This document shows, piece by piece, positions 36,581 to 45,633 of a stretch of 64,000 nt of DNA. Source of the DNA: an uncultured Hyphomicrobiaceae bacterium (lineage in GTDB: Bacteria; Pseudomonadota; Alphaproteobacteria; Rhizobiales; CAMYJA01); NCBI GenBank assembly GCA_947258705.1, contig CAMYJA010000007.1, positions 144,424 to 208,423 of the forward strand, written 5' to 3'. Position 1 is the first letter of the stretch. Every line of letters starts with the position of its first letter. The notes beneath the pieces were generated by a model. It did not search any database and was not told the origin of the DNA. It was given only the letters and a program-made list of their open reading frames with translations. Position numbers and translations under genes: made by a program.

Positions 36581-37237
36581 ATGGTTGGCGATGATTTTTC
36601 AGCCTTTCCGGACGAGACGCTGGATTTCCTGGCTGCCTTGAAGGCCAATAACAACCGCGAATGGTTTGCCGCGAGCAAGCATGTTTATGAGCGCGCTTTC
36701 AAAGCCCCCGCCGACGCGTTCTGTCTCGCCATGACAGAGCGGTTACAGGGCCTTACCGGCAAGACACATCGCTCAAAAATTTTCCGTATTCATCGGGATC
36801 TGAGGTTTTCCAGGGACAAGACGCCCTATAACGCGCATCTTCACATCTCGTTTATCCCCAAATCCGGCGGGGCGTCTCCGCCATGCTGGTTCTTCGGCCT
36901 GTCGCCTGAGTTACTGACGCTCGGTGCCGGAATATTCGTCTTCGACAAGGGTGGGGTTGAAACATACCGCAAGCGTATCGTAGGAAGCGATGGCCCCCGG
37001 CTGGTCAGGATACTCGCGTCTTTGCAACGCGACAACATTCAACCGGCAGAGCCGGAATTAAAACGCGTCCCCGCGGGTTTTGACAAGGATCACCCGCGCG
37101 CCGATCTCCTGCGCCGCAAGAGCCTGGCCGTCTGGCGCAATTTCGACGATGTACGAATGGCCACACGTCCGGATTTTACAGCGACCTGCCTTGCAGGTTT
37201 CAAGCGCCTGAAACCCGTTTACGACTGGTTGTCGTGA
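36581..37237 (+). CDS. DUF2461 (TIGR02453) family protein
   Basis: It shows FLAALKANNNREWF, IFRIHRDLRFSKDKTPY-type and YFGLSPE-type motifs. Confidence 0.85.
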   Translation: MVGDDFSAFPDETLDFLAALKANNNREWFAASKHVYERAFKAPADAFCLAMTERLQGLTGKTHRSKIFRIHRDLRFSRDKTPYNAHLHISFIPKSGGASPPCWFFGLSPELLTLGAGIFVFDKGGVETYRKRIVGSDGPRLVRILASLQRDNIQPAEPELKRVPAGFDKDHPRADLLRRKSLAVWRNFDDVRMATRPDFTATCLAGFKRLKPVYDWLS

Positions 37238-37433
37238 GTTTCAGGTCCCGCCCTCAATAGATTGACGGCCAGCCGGCGCAGCCTGGCCGCTATAGGCGGG
37301 CGCCGCACCTCGGCCAAGGTCGAACCCGAATGGAAATAAGGTTGAGCCATGTCAATGATTACCAGGCTCTGCTGTGGGACATTGTTGCAGATAGCTGGCC
37401 GGCTAACTGGTTTGGTCAATTGGAAGGACATGC

Positions 37434-40292
37434 TTGGTGATAGAAACAGGTCACGGTCCAGCCCCTGCCGCGAGCGGAGAAAAAGATCTAGATATAGCGA
37501 CCGAGCTACTGCGGATTGTGCGTTCCCTGGCGAAGGAGTTGCGACCGCAACTGCGGCACATAGAGAGTATTTCCCTGGATAGCGATCTCGAACGCGATGT
37601 CGGTCTTGACAGTCTTGGGCGCGCCGAACTCATTCTTCGTATCGACAAGGCCTTCAAGGTGCGTTTGCCCGATCAGTTGCTGAGTGAGGCAGACAACCTT
37701 CGCGATCTCCTGGTGGCGATCGAGGGGGCCGGACCTGTAACGGCCGATTTGGAGACTCTTCCTGCAATCGAACCGGAAACTCTGCCCGAGGTCATGGCTC
37801 CTTCGCAGGAAGAGACCTTGCTGGGAGTCGTCGATTTCCACATCCGTTCACACGCCGATCGCCCGCATCTTCGAATCTGGAAGAGTGAAGGCGACGAAAA
37901 ACAACTTACATATGGCGATCTCCATGAAGCGGCCCTCAGGCTCGCTTTCGGACTGATCAAGCGCGGTGTGACTCCCGGCGACCGGATTGCAATCATGCTG
38001 CCGACGGAGACCAGCTTTTTCGAGGCTTTTCTGGGAACGCTCTATGCCGGCGGGGTGCCGGTACCGATGTATCCTCCTTTTCGGCGCTCACAGATCGAGG
38101 ATCATTTACGGCGGCAGGCAGGGATTTTGCGCAATGCCGGGGTGAGCATTCTTGTCACCACCGGGGATATCATCCGCTTGGGTCCGCTGCTTCTCGGTCT
38201 CGCAGAAAAGCTCCGGCGTATCGAGACTGTTTCCGACCTTAAAGGAGAGGGCGCTCTGGACATGCCTTATCCTGCCGACGCGCAGACAACCGCCCTGATA
38301 CAATATACATCGGGAAGCACCGGCGATCCCAAGGGCGTTGTCCTCACACATGCCAATCTGCTTTCGAATATCCGGGCGATGGGAGACGCTCTTGAAGCGA
38401 GTTCTGCCGACATATTCGTAAGCTGGCTTCCGCTCTATCACGATATGGGGCTCATTGGCGCCTGGCTTGGATCACTATATTATGGCGTGCTCGCGATCAT
38501 CATGTCGCCCCTGACGTTTCTTGCCGATCCTTCCCGCTGGTTGCGGGTCATTTCGCATCACCGCGCCACCTTGTCCGCCGCGCCGAATTTCGCTTTCGAA
38601 TTGTGCTGCAAGAGGATCCAGGACGAAGATATCGTCGGTCTCGACCTGAGCTCTCTCCGCGCTATGCTCAACGGTGCGGAGCCTGTCAGCCCGGCAACCA
38701 TAAAACGTTTCGAAGAACGATTTTCCAAATACGGCTTCCGACCGGAGTTGATGGGGCCCGTCTATGGTCTCGCTGAAAATTCTGTCGGACTGGCCTTTCC
38801 GCCTTTAGGCAGAAAGCCGATTGTCGACAGGATTGATCGCACGGCCCTCGCACGGGACGGCGTGGCCGTTCGGTCGGCACCTGACGATGCAACGGCCATC
38901 AGCCTGGTCGCCTGCGGTCAGCCGCTGACAGGGCATGAAATACGGATTATCGACGATTCCGGTCGCGAACTGCCCGAGCGCCGGGAAGGCCGGCTGCAGT
39001 TCAAGGGGCCGTCAGCAACATCCGGTTATTTCCGCAACAAGGAAAAAAACCGGACACTCTTTGACGGTGAATGGCTGGACAGCGGAGACCGCGCCTATCT
39101 CGCCGCAGGAGACGTCTACATCACCGGACGGGTCAAAGACATCATCATCAAGGCCGGGCGAAACCTATATCCTCACGAGATAGAGGAACTGGTCGGCGGC
39201 CTTGAAGATGTGCGCAAGGGCTGTGTTGCCGCCGTCGCGAGCCCCGATCCGGTCTCGGGAACGGAGAGGCTTATATTGCTTGTCGAAACGAGGCTTACGG
39301 AAAAAAAAGAGCTGGAACGGCTTGAGGGGCGCATCAGGGAAGCCTGCGTCGATAAACTCAACATGCCGCCCGATGTCATTGAGCTGGTTCCGCCGCACAC
39401 CGTGCCGAAAACATCAAGCGGCAAGATCCGCCGCGCAGCCGCTAAAGCTTTATACGAAGCCGGCATACGCACCGGAGCGGTCAGGGGATTTTGGTCGCAG
39501 CTTCTGTTGCTCGCTATTTCGGGTATTGGCGGACGTCTGCGGCGCGGGCGGCGATCAGCCAGGGATTTGTCCTATGCGGCTTACTGGTGGACGCTTGTTG
39601 TGGTCATGGCTGCCGTTACCTGGATCGCCGTCGTTCTTTCTCCCCGGCTTGGGTGGCGTCACAAAATAACGCATGCCGCGGCAAAATGGTTCCTGTGGCT
39701 GACCGGTACCGCACTGAAATCCGATATTGCTCAGGAGTCTCTAAACGTAAAAGGGATCCTGGTGGCAAACCATGCGAGCTATCTCGACGGTCTTGTTATT
39801 CTGGCCGCATTTCCGGGTCCGCTGACTTTTGTTGCCAAAGAGGAACTTGCAGGACAATGGATAGCAGGACCCTTCCTCAGACGCCTCAATACCATTTTCG
39901 TGCACCGAACCGATGTCAGCTCCGGTGTGGAAGATATCCGGCCACAAATTGAGAGTCTTGGCGCAGGTTCGCGTATCGTCTCTTTTCCAGAGGGGACGCT
40001 GACACGGATGCCGGGATTGCTGGATTTTCGTCTTGGTCCGTTTCTGGTTGCCGCAAAGACCGGTTCGCCGGTTGTTCCTGTGACAATCCGGGGCACCCGA
40101 GCCATTTTACGGGGCGGGCAATGGTTTCCTCGCCACGGCGATGTCGAGGTTCTTGCGGGGCGGTTCATACTGCCAGATGGGAGCGATTTTTCCGCCGCCG
40201 TCCGGCTTCGTGATAAAACTCGGGCCGAGATGCTTGAAATGTGTGGTGAGCCGGATCTTCGTGGAGAGCGAATCACCATCGAGCCAGTCTAG
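37434..40292 (+). CDS. Tri-functional fusion of an acyl carrier domain, a fatty-acyl-AMP ligase, TM helices and a PlsC-type lysophospholipid acyltransferase
   Basis: The carrier domain has GLDSLGRAEL. The adenylation motifs are QYTSGSTGDPKGVVLTH, YGLAE, SGDRAY, GRVKDIIIKAGRN and PKTSSGKIRR. Hydrophobic helices follow (LLLLAISGIGG; WWTLVVVMAAVTWIAVVL). The acyltransferase blocks are NHASYLDG (HX4D), FVAKEEL, FPEGT and PVVPVTI. A TTG/GTG start follows GGAAGGA. Confidence 0.85.
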   Translation: MVIETGHGPAPAASGEKDLDIATELLRIVRSLAKELRPQLRHIESISLDSDLERDVGLDSLGRAELILRIDKAFKVRLPDQLLSEADNLRDLLVAIEGAGPVTADLETLPAIEPETLPEVMAPSQEETLLGVVDFHIRSHADRPHLRIWKSEGDEKQLTYGDLHEAALRLAFGLIKRGVTPGDRIAIMLPTETSFFEAFLGTLYAGGVPVPMYPPFRRSQIEDHLRRQAGILRNAGVSILVTTGDIIRLGPLLLGLAEKLRRIETVSDLKGEGALDMPYPADAQTTALIQYTSGSTGDPKGVVLTHANLLSNIRAMGDALEASSADIFVSWLPLYHDMGLIGAWLGSLYYGVLAIIMSPLTFLADPSRWLRVISHHRATLSAAPNFAFELCCKRIQDEDIVGLDLSSLRAMLNGAEPVSPATIKRFEERFSKYGFRPELMGPVYGLAENSVGLAFPPLGRKPIVDRIDRTALARDGVAVRSAPDDATAISLVACGQPLTGHEIRIIDDSGRELPERREGRLQFKGPSATSGYFRNKEKNRTLFDGEWLDSGDRAYLAAGDVYITGRVKDIIIKAGRNLYPHEIEELVGGLEDVRKGCVAAVASPDPVSGTERLILLVETRLTEKKELERLEGRIREACVDKLNMPPDVIELVPPHTVPKTSSGKIRRAAAKALYEAGIRTGAVRGFWSQLLLLAISGIGGRLRRGRRSARDLSYAAYWWTLVVVMAAVTWIAVVLSPRLGWRHKITHAAAKWFLWLTGTALKSDIAQESLNVKGILVANHASYLDGLVILAAFPGPLTFVAKEELAGQWIAGPFLRRLNTIFVHRTDVSSGVEDIRPQIESLGAGSRIVSFPEGTLTRMPGLLDFRLGPFLVAAKTGSPVVPVTIRGTRAILRGGQWFPRHGDVEVLAGRFILPDGSDFSAAVRLRDKTRAEMLEMCGEPDLRGERITIEPV

Positions 40293-40364
40293 GTCCGGAA
40301 TTTATTCGCGCGATCCATCAAACCATCGACCTTAAGGCTGCGATACAAGATTGAGGCATTCATG

Positions 40365-40400
40365 AAACGTCTCTTCCCGGACTTTCGGGCACGTTTTTTT
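40365..40400 (+). terminator. Candidate rho-independent terminator downstream of the fusion gene
   Basis: The outer stem is aaacgt/acgttt and the inner stem is cccg/cggg, followed by a T run (acgttttttt). Confidence 0.45.
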
Positions 40401-40433
40401 CCATTTGCATAAATGTCCGCTACCCGCCGCTAT

Positions 40434-40799
40434 TTACGACCAGAACTTCCACCATGGGCGTCTCATGACTGGTTTTTCACCGGTGGATTCTTCGATCCAC
40501 GTGCCGTCCTCCGCCCGTGTCCATTTTTTATCGACCCCATCAAGTCTGATTTCCGTCCCTTCCCCATGGTCGATAAATTCAAGAAGATCCGCTCCAAACC
40601 ACGCGTCCTGCCCCTTGTCTTCAAAGTAGACATTGATGGCATAGTCCTCTGTCAATTCACCGATCACGTCCACATCGGTGACGGAAGGCGTGGTCTCGCC
40701 ATAAACCGAGCCTGTGAGTTCAGCCAGCCCGGCTTTCGTGGTCAAATCCGTTTTTCTGACGCGAACCGTGTCTCCGAAACTGATAGTTTTGGAATTCAT
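40434..40799 (-). CDS. Hypothetical small acidic cytoplasmic protein
   Basis: This 121-aa ORF has coding-like composition. No signal peptide and no family were recognised with confidence. Confidence 0.5.
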   Translation of the reverse strand: MNSKTISFGDTVRVRKTDLTTKAGLAELTGSVYGETTPSVTDVDVIGELTEDYAINVYFEDKGQDAWFGADLLEFIDHGEGTEIRLDGVDKKWTRAEDGTWIEESTGEKPVMRRPWWKFWS

Positions 40800-40819
40800 A
40801 CCGGTTGTCCGTGCTTCCT

Positions 40820-42097
40820 CTAGCGCCCGCGCAGGCGTCGCAGCAGTCTTGCGTCCGGGTAGGAATCGGCTGGCAGGCCGTATTTGATCTGCACCGCCTT
40901 GACGGCCGCGCGGCTCTTTACGCCAAGCGTGCCGTCGACGCCGCCGACGTCATATCCCTTGCGTACAAGAAGCCGCTGCAGTTCGCGGATTTCCTTGTGG
41001 CCGACCTCGCTGTCGACACCGCGCCCGGGATGGACAGGCGGCGCGCCGGCGAGACGGGTTGCGAAATAGGCGGCGGCTGTGGCGTAGGTCAGGGAGTTGT
41101 TCCACTCCGTATAGACATGGAAATTCGGATACGCCAGGAAGGCCGGACCGTTGCGCCCCATGGGCAGGTGGAGGGACGCCTGCATATTGTCTGCCTTGAG
41201 CGGTCTGCCGTTGCGCGCACGCACGCCCCATTTGGCCCATTGCGATCTCGGATGCTTGATGGCGAGGTCGGCTTCCGCCCATTTCATCCGCGCCGGAATG
41301 CGCACCTCTTCGAGCCAGGGCTCATGGGGCCGCCAGCCGATATGCACCAGATATTTTGCCGTGGAGCCGAGAATATCGGGCACGCTACGCAAGAGATTGC
41401 GCCGGCCATCACCATCATAATCAACGGCGTGGTTGAAATAATGCGTCGGCAGGAACTGGGTCTGACCGAGTTCGCCCGCCCATGAACCGATCATGTCGGA
41501 GGCGCGCAAATCGCCGCGGTCGATAATCTTTAAGGCCGCCATTAGTTCGGGACGAAAGAGTTCCGGGCGGCGGCAATCATAGGCGAGTGTCGCCAGCGAA
41601 CGCAACGACCTGTCCTTGCCCATGCTGGCGCCAAAGTCGCTTTCGAGTGCCCAGAAGGCCACGAGCACGGGCGCGGGCACGCCAAACTCCTTGTCGATAC
41701 GGGAGAATAGACTGCGATGCTTGCGGATTAGCTGTTTTCCGCGCTTCATGCGGTAAGGCATGATCACGCGTTTTGCAAAGCGGAGAAAGCTCTGGCTGAA
41801 AAATCCCTGCCTGCGATCCTTCCTGATGATGCGCGGATCCAGCGTCACGCCATTGAGCGCGCTTCTGATTGTCGCCTTCGATATGCCGCTCGATGTCGCC
41901 TCTCGCCTGAAATCTCGCAGCCAGACATCGAAGCTGCCTTTGTTCCGGCAGTTGGCATTTTTCTTGGCGGCCTGGGCTGTGGGAGTTATTGCCAGAATGG
42001 CTGCGGCCATCAGCAGCAGCGCCAATGAGGCGCGCGCGGTTCGCGTCCGCCTCTTCGGCCGGCCTGTTTGTCCGTGTCTCATTAGTTCAATCATCAC
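40820..42097 (-). CDS. Lytic murein transglycosylase (MltB/SLT_2 family) with a C-terminal peptidoglycan-binding domain
   Basis: It has a signal peptide and the SLT_2 pattern (ALESDFG, GELGQTQFLP, YNNSLTYA-type). The C-terminal PG_binding_1 pattern is IRELQRLLVRKGYDVGGVDGTLG...AVKAVQ. Confidence 0.9.
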   Translation of the reverse strand: MMIELMRHGQTGRPKRRTRTARASLALLLMAAAILAITPTAQAAKKNANCRNKGSFDVWLRDFRREATSSGISKATIRSALNGVTLDPRIIRKDRRQGFFSQSFLRFAKRVIMPYRMKRGKQLIRKHRSLFSRIDKEFGVPAPVLVAFWALESDFGASMGKDRSLRSLATLAYDCRRPELFRPELMAALKIIDRGDLRASDMIGSWAGELGQTQFLPTHYFNHAVDYDGDGRRNLLRSVPDILGSTAKYLVHIGWRPHEPWLEEVRIPARMKWAEADLAIKHPRSQWAKWGVRARNGRPLKADNMQASLHLPMGRNGPAFLAYPNFHVYTEWNNSLTYATAAAYFATRLAGAPPVHPGRGVDSEVGHKEIRELQRLLVRKGYDVGGVDGTLGVKSRAAVKAVQIKYGLPADSYPDARLLRRLRGR

Positions 42098-42468
42098 TCC
42101 CTCATGCCCTCAATGTTTTTCGCATCTTATAAGATCCCCCAAGCCGATCAATTGCAATCTGGCGCAAGCTGGTGTCAGTCAACATCGTCATTGAGACGAT
42201 TTTACGAAGGGCTTTCAGGCGGAGGCGTTCCCTGATGCGCGGCGCGGCCCGGCGCAACGAGGCGGCCATCGCAGGATCTATTGATCTGTATCGAGAGTTT
42301 TCAGCCGATTGTGAGTTTTCCCGTTTCGCGCGTGCGCATTTTGGCAGCAACGCCAAATTGGTGTAATATGTCGTTCAAGGCCGCAGATATATATCGGTAC
42401 CCTTTGATTCTCGCCCGCATATGTATCGGTTGAGCGGCTGGTTCGTCGCAAACAGGGAGAGTCCGAAC

Positions 42469-43263
42469 ATGGTGAAAGAACAGACAATCGAGGGCAATTT
42501 ACACGATCATGTAATGCCTGAAATCAGGAAAATACAAATTTCCGACCTCATGGTCGCCTTGAAAAAGGGCTATGATGATTTTTTACTGAAACCCACCTTT
42601 ATCTTTTTCCTGGCCATTATTTATCCGGTCATGGCGTTATTCCTGGCGCGTTTTATCGCCGGCCTTGATGTGTTGCCCTATCTCTGGCCGATCATCGCGG
42701 GCGGCACCCTGATCGCACCGGTTGCGGCGGTCGGCCTTTATGAGGTGAGCCGCCTGCTCGAGGAAGGCCGGACCGTATCACTGAGAAACGCCTTTAATCT
42801 GCTCAATTACAAATCTCTGCGCTACGTTCTCGTGCTCAGCGTGGTCCTCGGCCTTGCCTGGGCGCTATGGCTGTTTACCGCCCATGTGATTTACGAGCGG
42901 TCCATGGGCGGCTATGTGCCTGCGACATTCGCCGAATTTTTCGACAAGGTGTTATTTACAGAGGCCGGTCAGTATCTGATCTATGTCGGCTTTTCGGTGG
43001 GTGCCCTCTTCGCCGCCGTCATATTCGCCATCAGCGTCGTATCCTTTCCGATGATTATCGACCGGGACGTTACCACGGCGGAGGCAATTGCCACTTCCCT
43101 CAGAGTGGTTCTGACCAATCCGGTCACCATGTTCGTCTGGGCGCTGATTATCGCCTTTTCCATGGCGGTGGCGACCATCCCGTTCATGTTCGGACTGGCG
43201 ATCGTGCTGCCCATTCTGGGGCACGCGACTTGGCATCTCTACCGGCTTGCCGTCGGCGATTAA
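42469..43263 (+). CDS. DUF2189-family integral membrane protein
   Basis: It has multiple TM helices and a conserved N-terminal segment (IRKIQISDLMVALKKGYDDF). ATG 42469 lies 9 nt after GGGAGA. Confidence 0.7.
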   Translation: MVKEQTIEGNLHDHVMPEIRKIQISDLMVALKKGYDDFLLKPTFIFFLAIIYPVMALFLARFIAGLDVLPYLWPIIAGGTLIAPVAAVGLYEVSRLLEEGRTVSLRNAFNLLNYKSLRYVLVLSVVLGLAWALWLFTAHVIYERSMGGYVPATFAEFFDKVLFTEAGQYLIYVGFSVGALFAAVIFAISVVSFPMIIDRDVTTAEAIATSLRVVLTNPVTMFVWALIIAFSMAVATIPFMFGLAIVLPILGHATWHLYRLAVGD

Positions 43264-43365
43264 CAAACCGGGCGGTTCTGACGCCGATAGCTACGACCGG
43301 ATCGCGCTTCCCGCTTTTGTCTGCCACGGGGCGTGGCCGTGAAAAACCGGGACCAGCCTCAGGGA

Positions 43366-44403
43366 TTACCCTCCGGGCCGATTGATTTTGCGGCGTATGT
43401 GCGCCAGCGGTGCGCTCTCGTTGAAGCGGACCGCACCGCGCTTGAATACGACGCCCAGATCCCGCCAGAGCTTGTTCAGGTCGGGTTTGACCGGCGCCGC
43501 GCGCATCTCATGGTACAATTTTATCAACACGTCGACGCCCGTGACCTCATCGCCTGTCCTGAGGGCATAAGCGATATTGGCACCGGTTTCATTCGTGCCG
43601 CCGGCTTTCACGATCCCGCGCAGGGCATCCTGCAAGCCGAATCGGTTACCCGTCCGCTGACGGATTCTGATATCGGCCAGCAGGCAATAAAGCGCACCGC
43701 CCCAATATGTGCGCCCCCATGTGTGGGTGAAATCAAGCCCCCGATCGCCGCGGGCCGGCAAGCCCTGATGCATGGCTTTGGCAAATCCCCGCCAGATGAA
43801 TTCCGCCGTCAGATCGCCTGCCTGATGACGCGCGATCGATTCCACATAGGTCGACAGGCCTTCCGTTAGCCAGACATGGCGGGCATGCATTTGCGGCCAC
43901 GCCAGATGCACCATTTCATGAACCATCACCCAGTCTTTGCCCAGATCCGCCTCGGTTGAGTCTGATCCGAGCGTGACCCTGATGGCGGACCCGCCATGCC
44001 CCCACGCCTGGCCGCCTTTGACCCCGCGCCCGGCAACCGGCACGATGAGCAGCCTGGCCTTTTTCACCGGAAAGCGTTTGTAATATATCTCGACGGCGCG
44101 GGCAGAGCGCTCGATCCATTTCAGGATTTTATCGCGTCCGAGCGCTAAACGGCCGGGCGCGAAGGCGATTTCGAGTATGCCGCCACGCACATTCCGGATC
44201 GTTTTCGGTAATCTCTCAAAAGCGCTGTAGGGCATATAGCCGCCAAGATAGGCCCTGTTGTCCGGTGTGTTTGCAGCGGCCGGGGACCGCCACGCGAAAA
44301 ACTGGCTTAATAGAATGGTGAGCATGAGAAGGGCCGTGCCGATGATCTTTTGCCGATGGGCACCGCGCTTCACGCCAATGAGGGCAATTCGTTCATCAAT
44401 CAT
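43366..44403 (-). CDS. Putative secreted zinc metallopeptidase (gluzincin, peptidase_MA-like)
   Basis: It has HEMVH followed by the EGLSTYVE third-ligand motif, and an N-terminal hydrophobic signal. The start is placed at ATG 44403 and is uncertain. Confidence 0.65.
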   Translation of the reverse strand: MIDERIALIGVKRGAHRQKIIGTALLMLTILLSQFFAWRSPAAANTPDNRAYLGGYMPYSAFERLPKTIRNVRGGILEIAFAPGRLALGRDKILKWIERSARAVEIYYKRFPVKKARLLIVPVAGRGVKGGQAWGHGGSAIRVTLGSDSTEADLGKDWVMVHEMVHLAWPQMHARHVWLTEGLSTYVESIARHQAGDLTAEFIWRGFAKAMHQGLPARGDRGLDFTHTWGRTYWGGALYCLLADIRIRQRTGNRFGLQDALRGIVKAGGTNETGANIAYALRTGDEVTGVDVLIKLYHEMRAAPVKPDLNKLWRDLGVVFKRGAVRFNESAPLAHIRRKINRPGG

Positions 44404-44576
44404 GACAGGAAGCCTAAAACGGTTGACCCGCTCACTTCCAGACAAGTTTTCGTGACACTGTATCTTATCGCACCGGCGCCAAGTGGTGCTTCCCCAGACG
44501 ATTGTGGAACGGGGGATGCGTGCTATACAAGCGGCAATGATAATCGTTAACGACAATCAATATCGGGAGGAATATT

Positions 44577-45539
44577 ATGCGCATGATATTTCCACGGACT
44601 TGCTTCAAGGGGCTCGTATTTGTGCTGGCTCTCGGCTCAGCGGCAAACGCCCAGAACATCACGCCTGACAGCAAGGGAGCGTCCGACATCGCGGTCGGGC
44701 GGGTGCAGGAAGCCCCTGTAAACACTCTGCCGGCCGAGAAAAAGTTCTGGTGGGACGATGACTGGTATGATGACGGCAAGCTCCAGGTTCCGCAAAATTT
44801 TGATGTCGTCGAACGCGCCGTCAGCTATACCAGTTCCGCGGACGACACGGATGTCCCCGCCCTGTTGATGCGGCCCAAAAAAAAGGGACGTTACCCGGGC
44901 ATCATATTTCAGCACGGGCGGCGCGGTCTCGACGAGTTTACGAAAAGGCTGGCGCGGCGGATGGCGGCACGGGGATTTATCGTTCTCGCACCCGATGTCT
45001 ATGCGGCGCGTTTCATCGAAAAATTTCCCATCGAGCATATGGTTGAGACCGAGTCAGACCTCAATGCGGGGATTGATTTTCTTCTAAAGCAGCCCGATGT
45101 TTCCACCTCAAGGATCTGTCTCTACAGCCATACTCGGGGCGGCTATTACACACTCCGCGTCGCCGTCGCGATGAAACGGCAGGACGATCATGTGGCGTGT
45201 TACGTCTCTTTCTATCCACACTGGCAGGATCCCAATCTGGCCGAGCCCATGCAGGTTTACCGCTATGCGACGGATGCCGACCGCCTGACGATACCGGCAA
45301 TGATTTTTATCGGCGAATTTGAACAATATCAGCGGCGGCGGTCGATCGAGACGGCTGTTTCATCCATGAAAAAGCTCGGGCGCGATGTCAAGCTGATCAT
45401 CTATCCCGGCGTCGGGCGCGGATTTGATTTCCGGCCGCCGCGCGTGCGCACATTCGCTGACGATCTGGCGACGAAAGACAGCACTCTGCGCGCCGCCGGT
45501 TTCATGCGCGCGCACCTGAAAAAATGGGTGAAGAAATAA
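44577..45539 (+). CDS. Dienelactone hydrolase-family alpha/beta hydrolase, secreted
   Basis: It has a signal peptide (LVFVLALGSAANAQ) and the DLH-like pattern (PGIIFQHGRRG...GFIVLAPDVY...IYPGVGRGF). A GGGAGGA SD is present. Confidence 0.75.
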   Translation: MRMIFPRTCFKGLVFVLALGSAANAQNITPDSKGASDIAVGRVQEAPVNTLPAEKKFWWDDDWYDDGKLQVPQNFDVVERAVSYTSSADDTDVPALLMRPKKKGRYPGIIFQHGRRGLDEFTKRLARRMAARGFIVLAPDVYAARFIEKFPIEHMVETESDLNAGIDFLLKQPDVSTSRICLYSHTRGGYYTLRVAVAMKRQDDHVACYVSFYPHWQDPNLAEPMQVYRYATDADRLTIPAMIFIGEFEQYQRRRSIETAVSSMKKLGRDVKLIIYPGVGRGFDFRPPRVRTFADDLATKDSTLRAAGFMRAHLKKWVKK

Positions 45540-45633
45540 GACACCATCCCCGCCGCCTCATGGTGGCGAGGAGCTGCCTCCCATGGCGGCCCGATAGCAG
45601 TCAGGGGAATAAATTTCTGCCTGACATTACTGC

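Noticed and set aside
40805-41485. 226-aa ORF on the plus strand, together with 43333..43869 (178 aa, plus strand)
   Set aside because: Both are antisense to well-supported genes (the lytic transglycosylase and the metallopeptidase) and have shadow-ORF composition.
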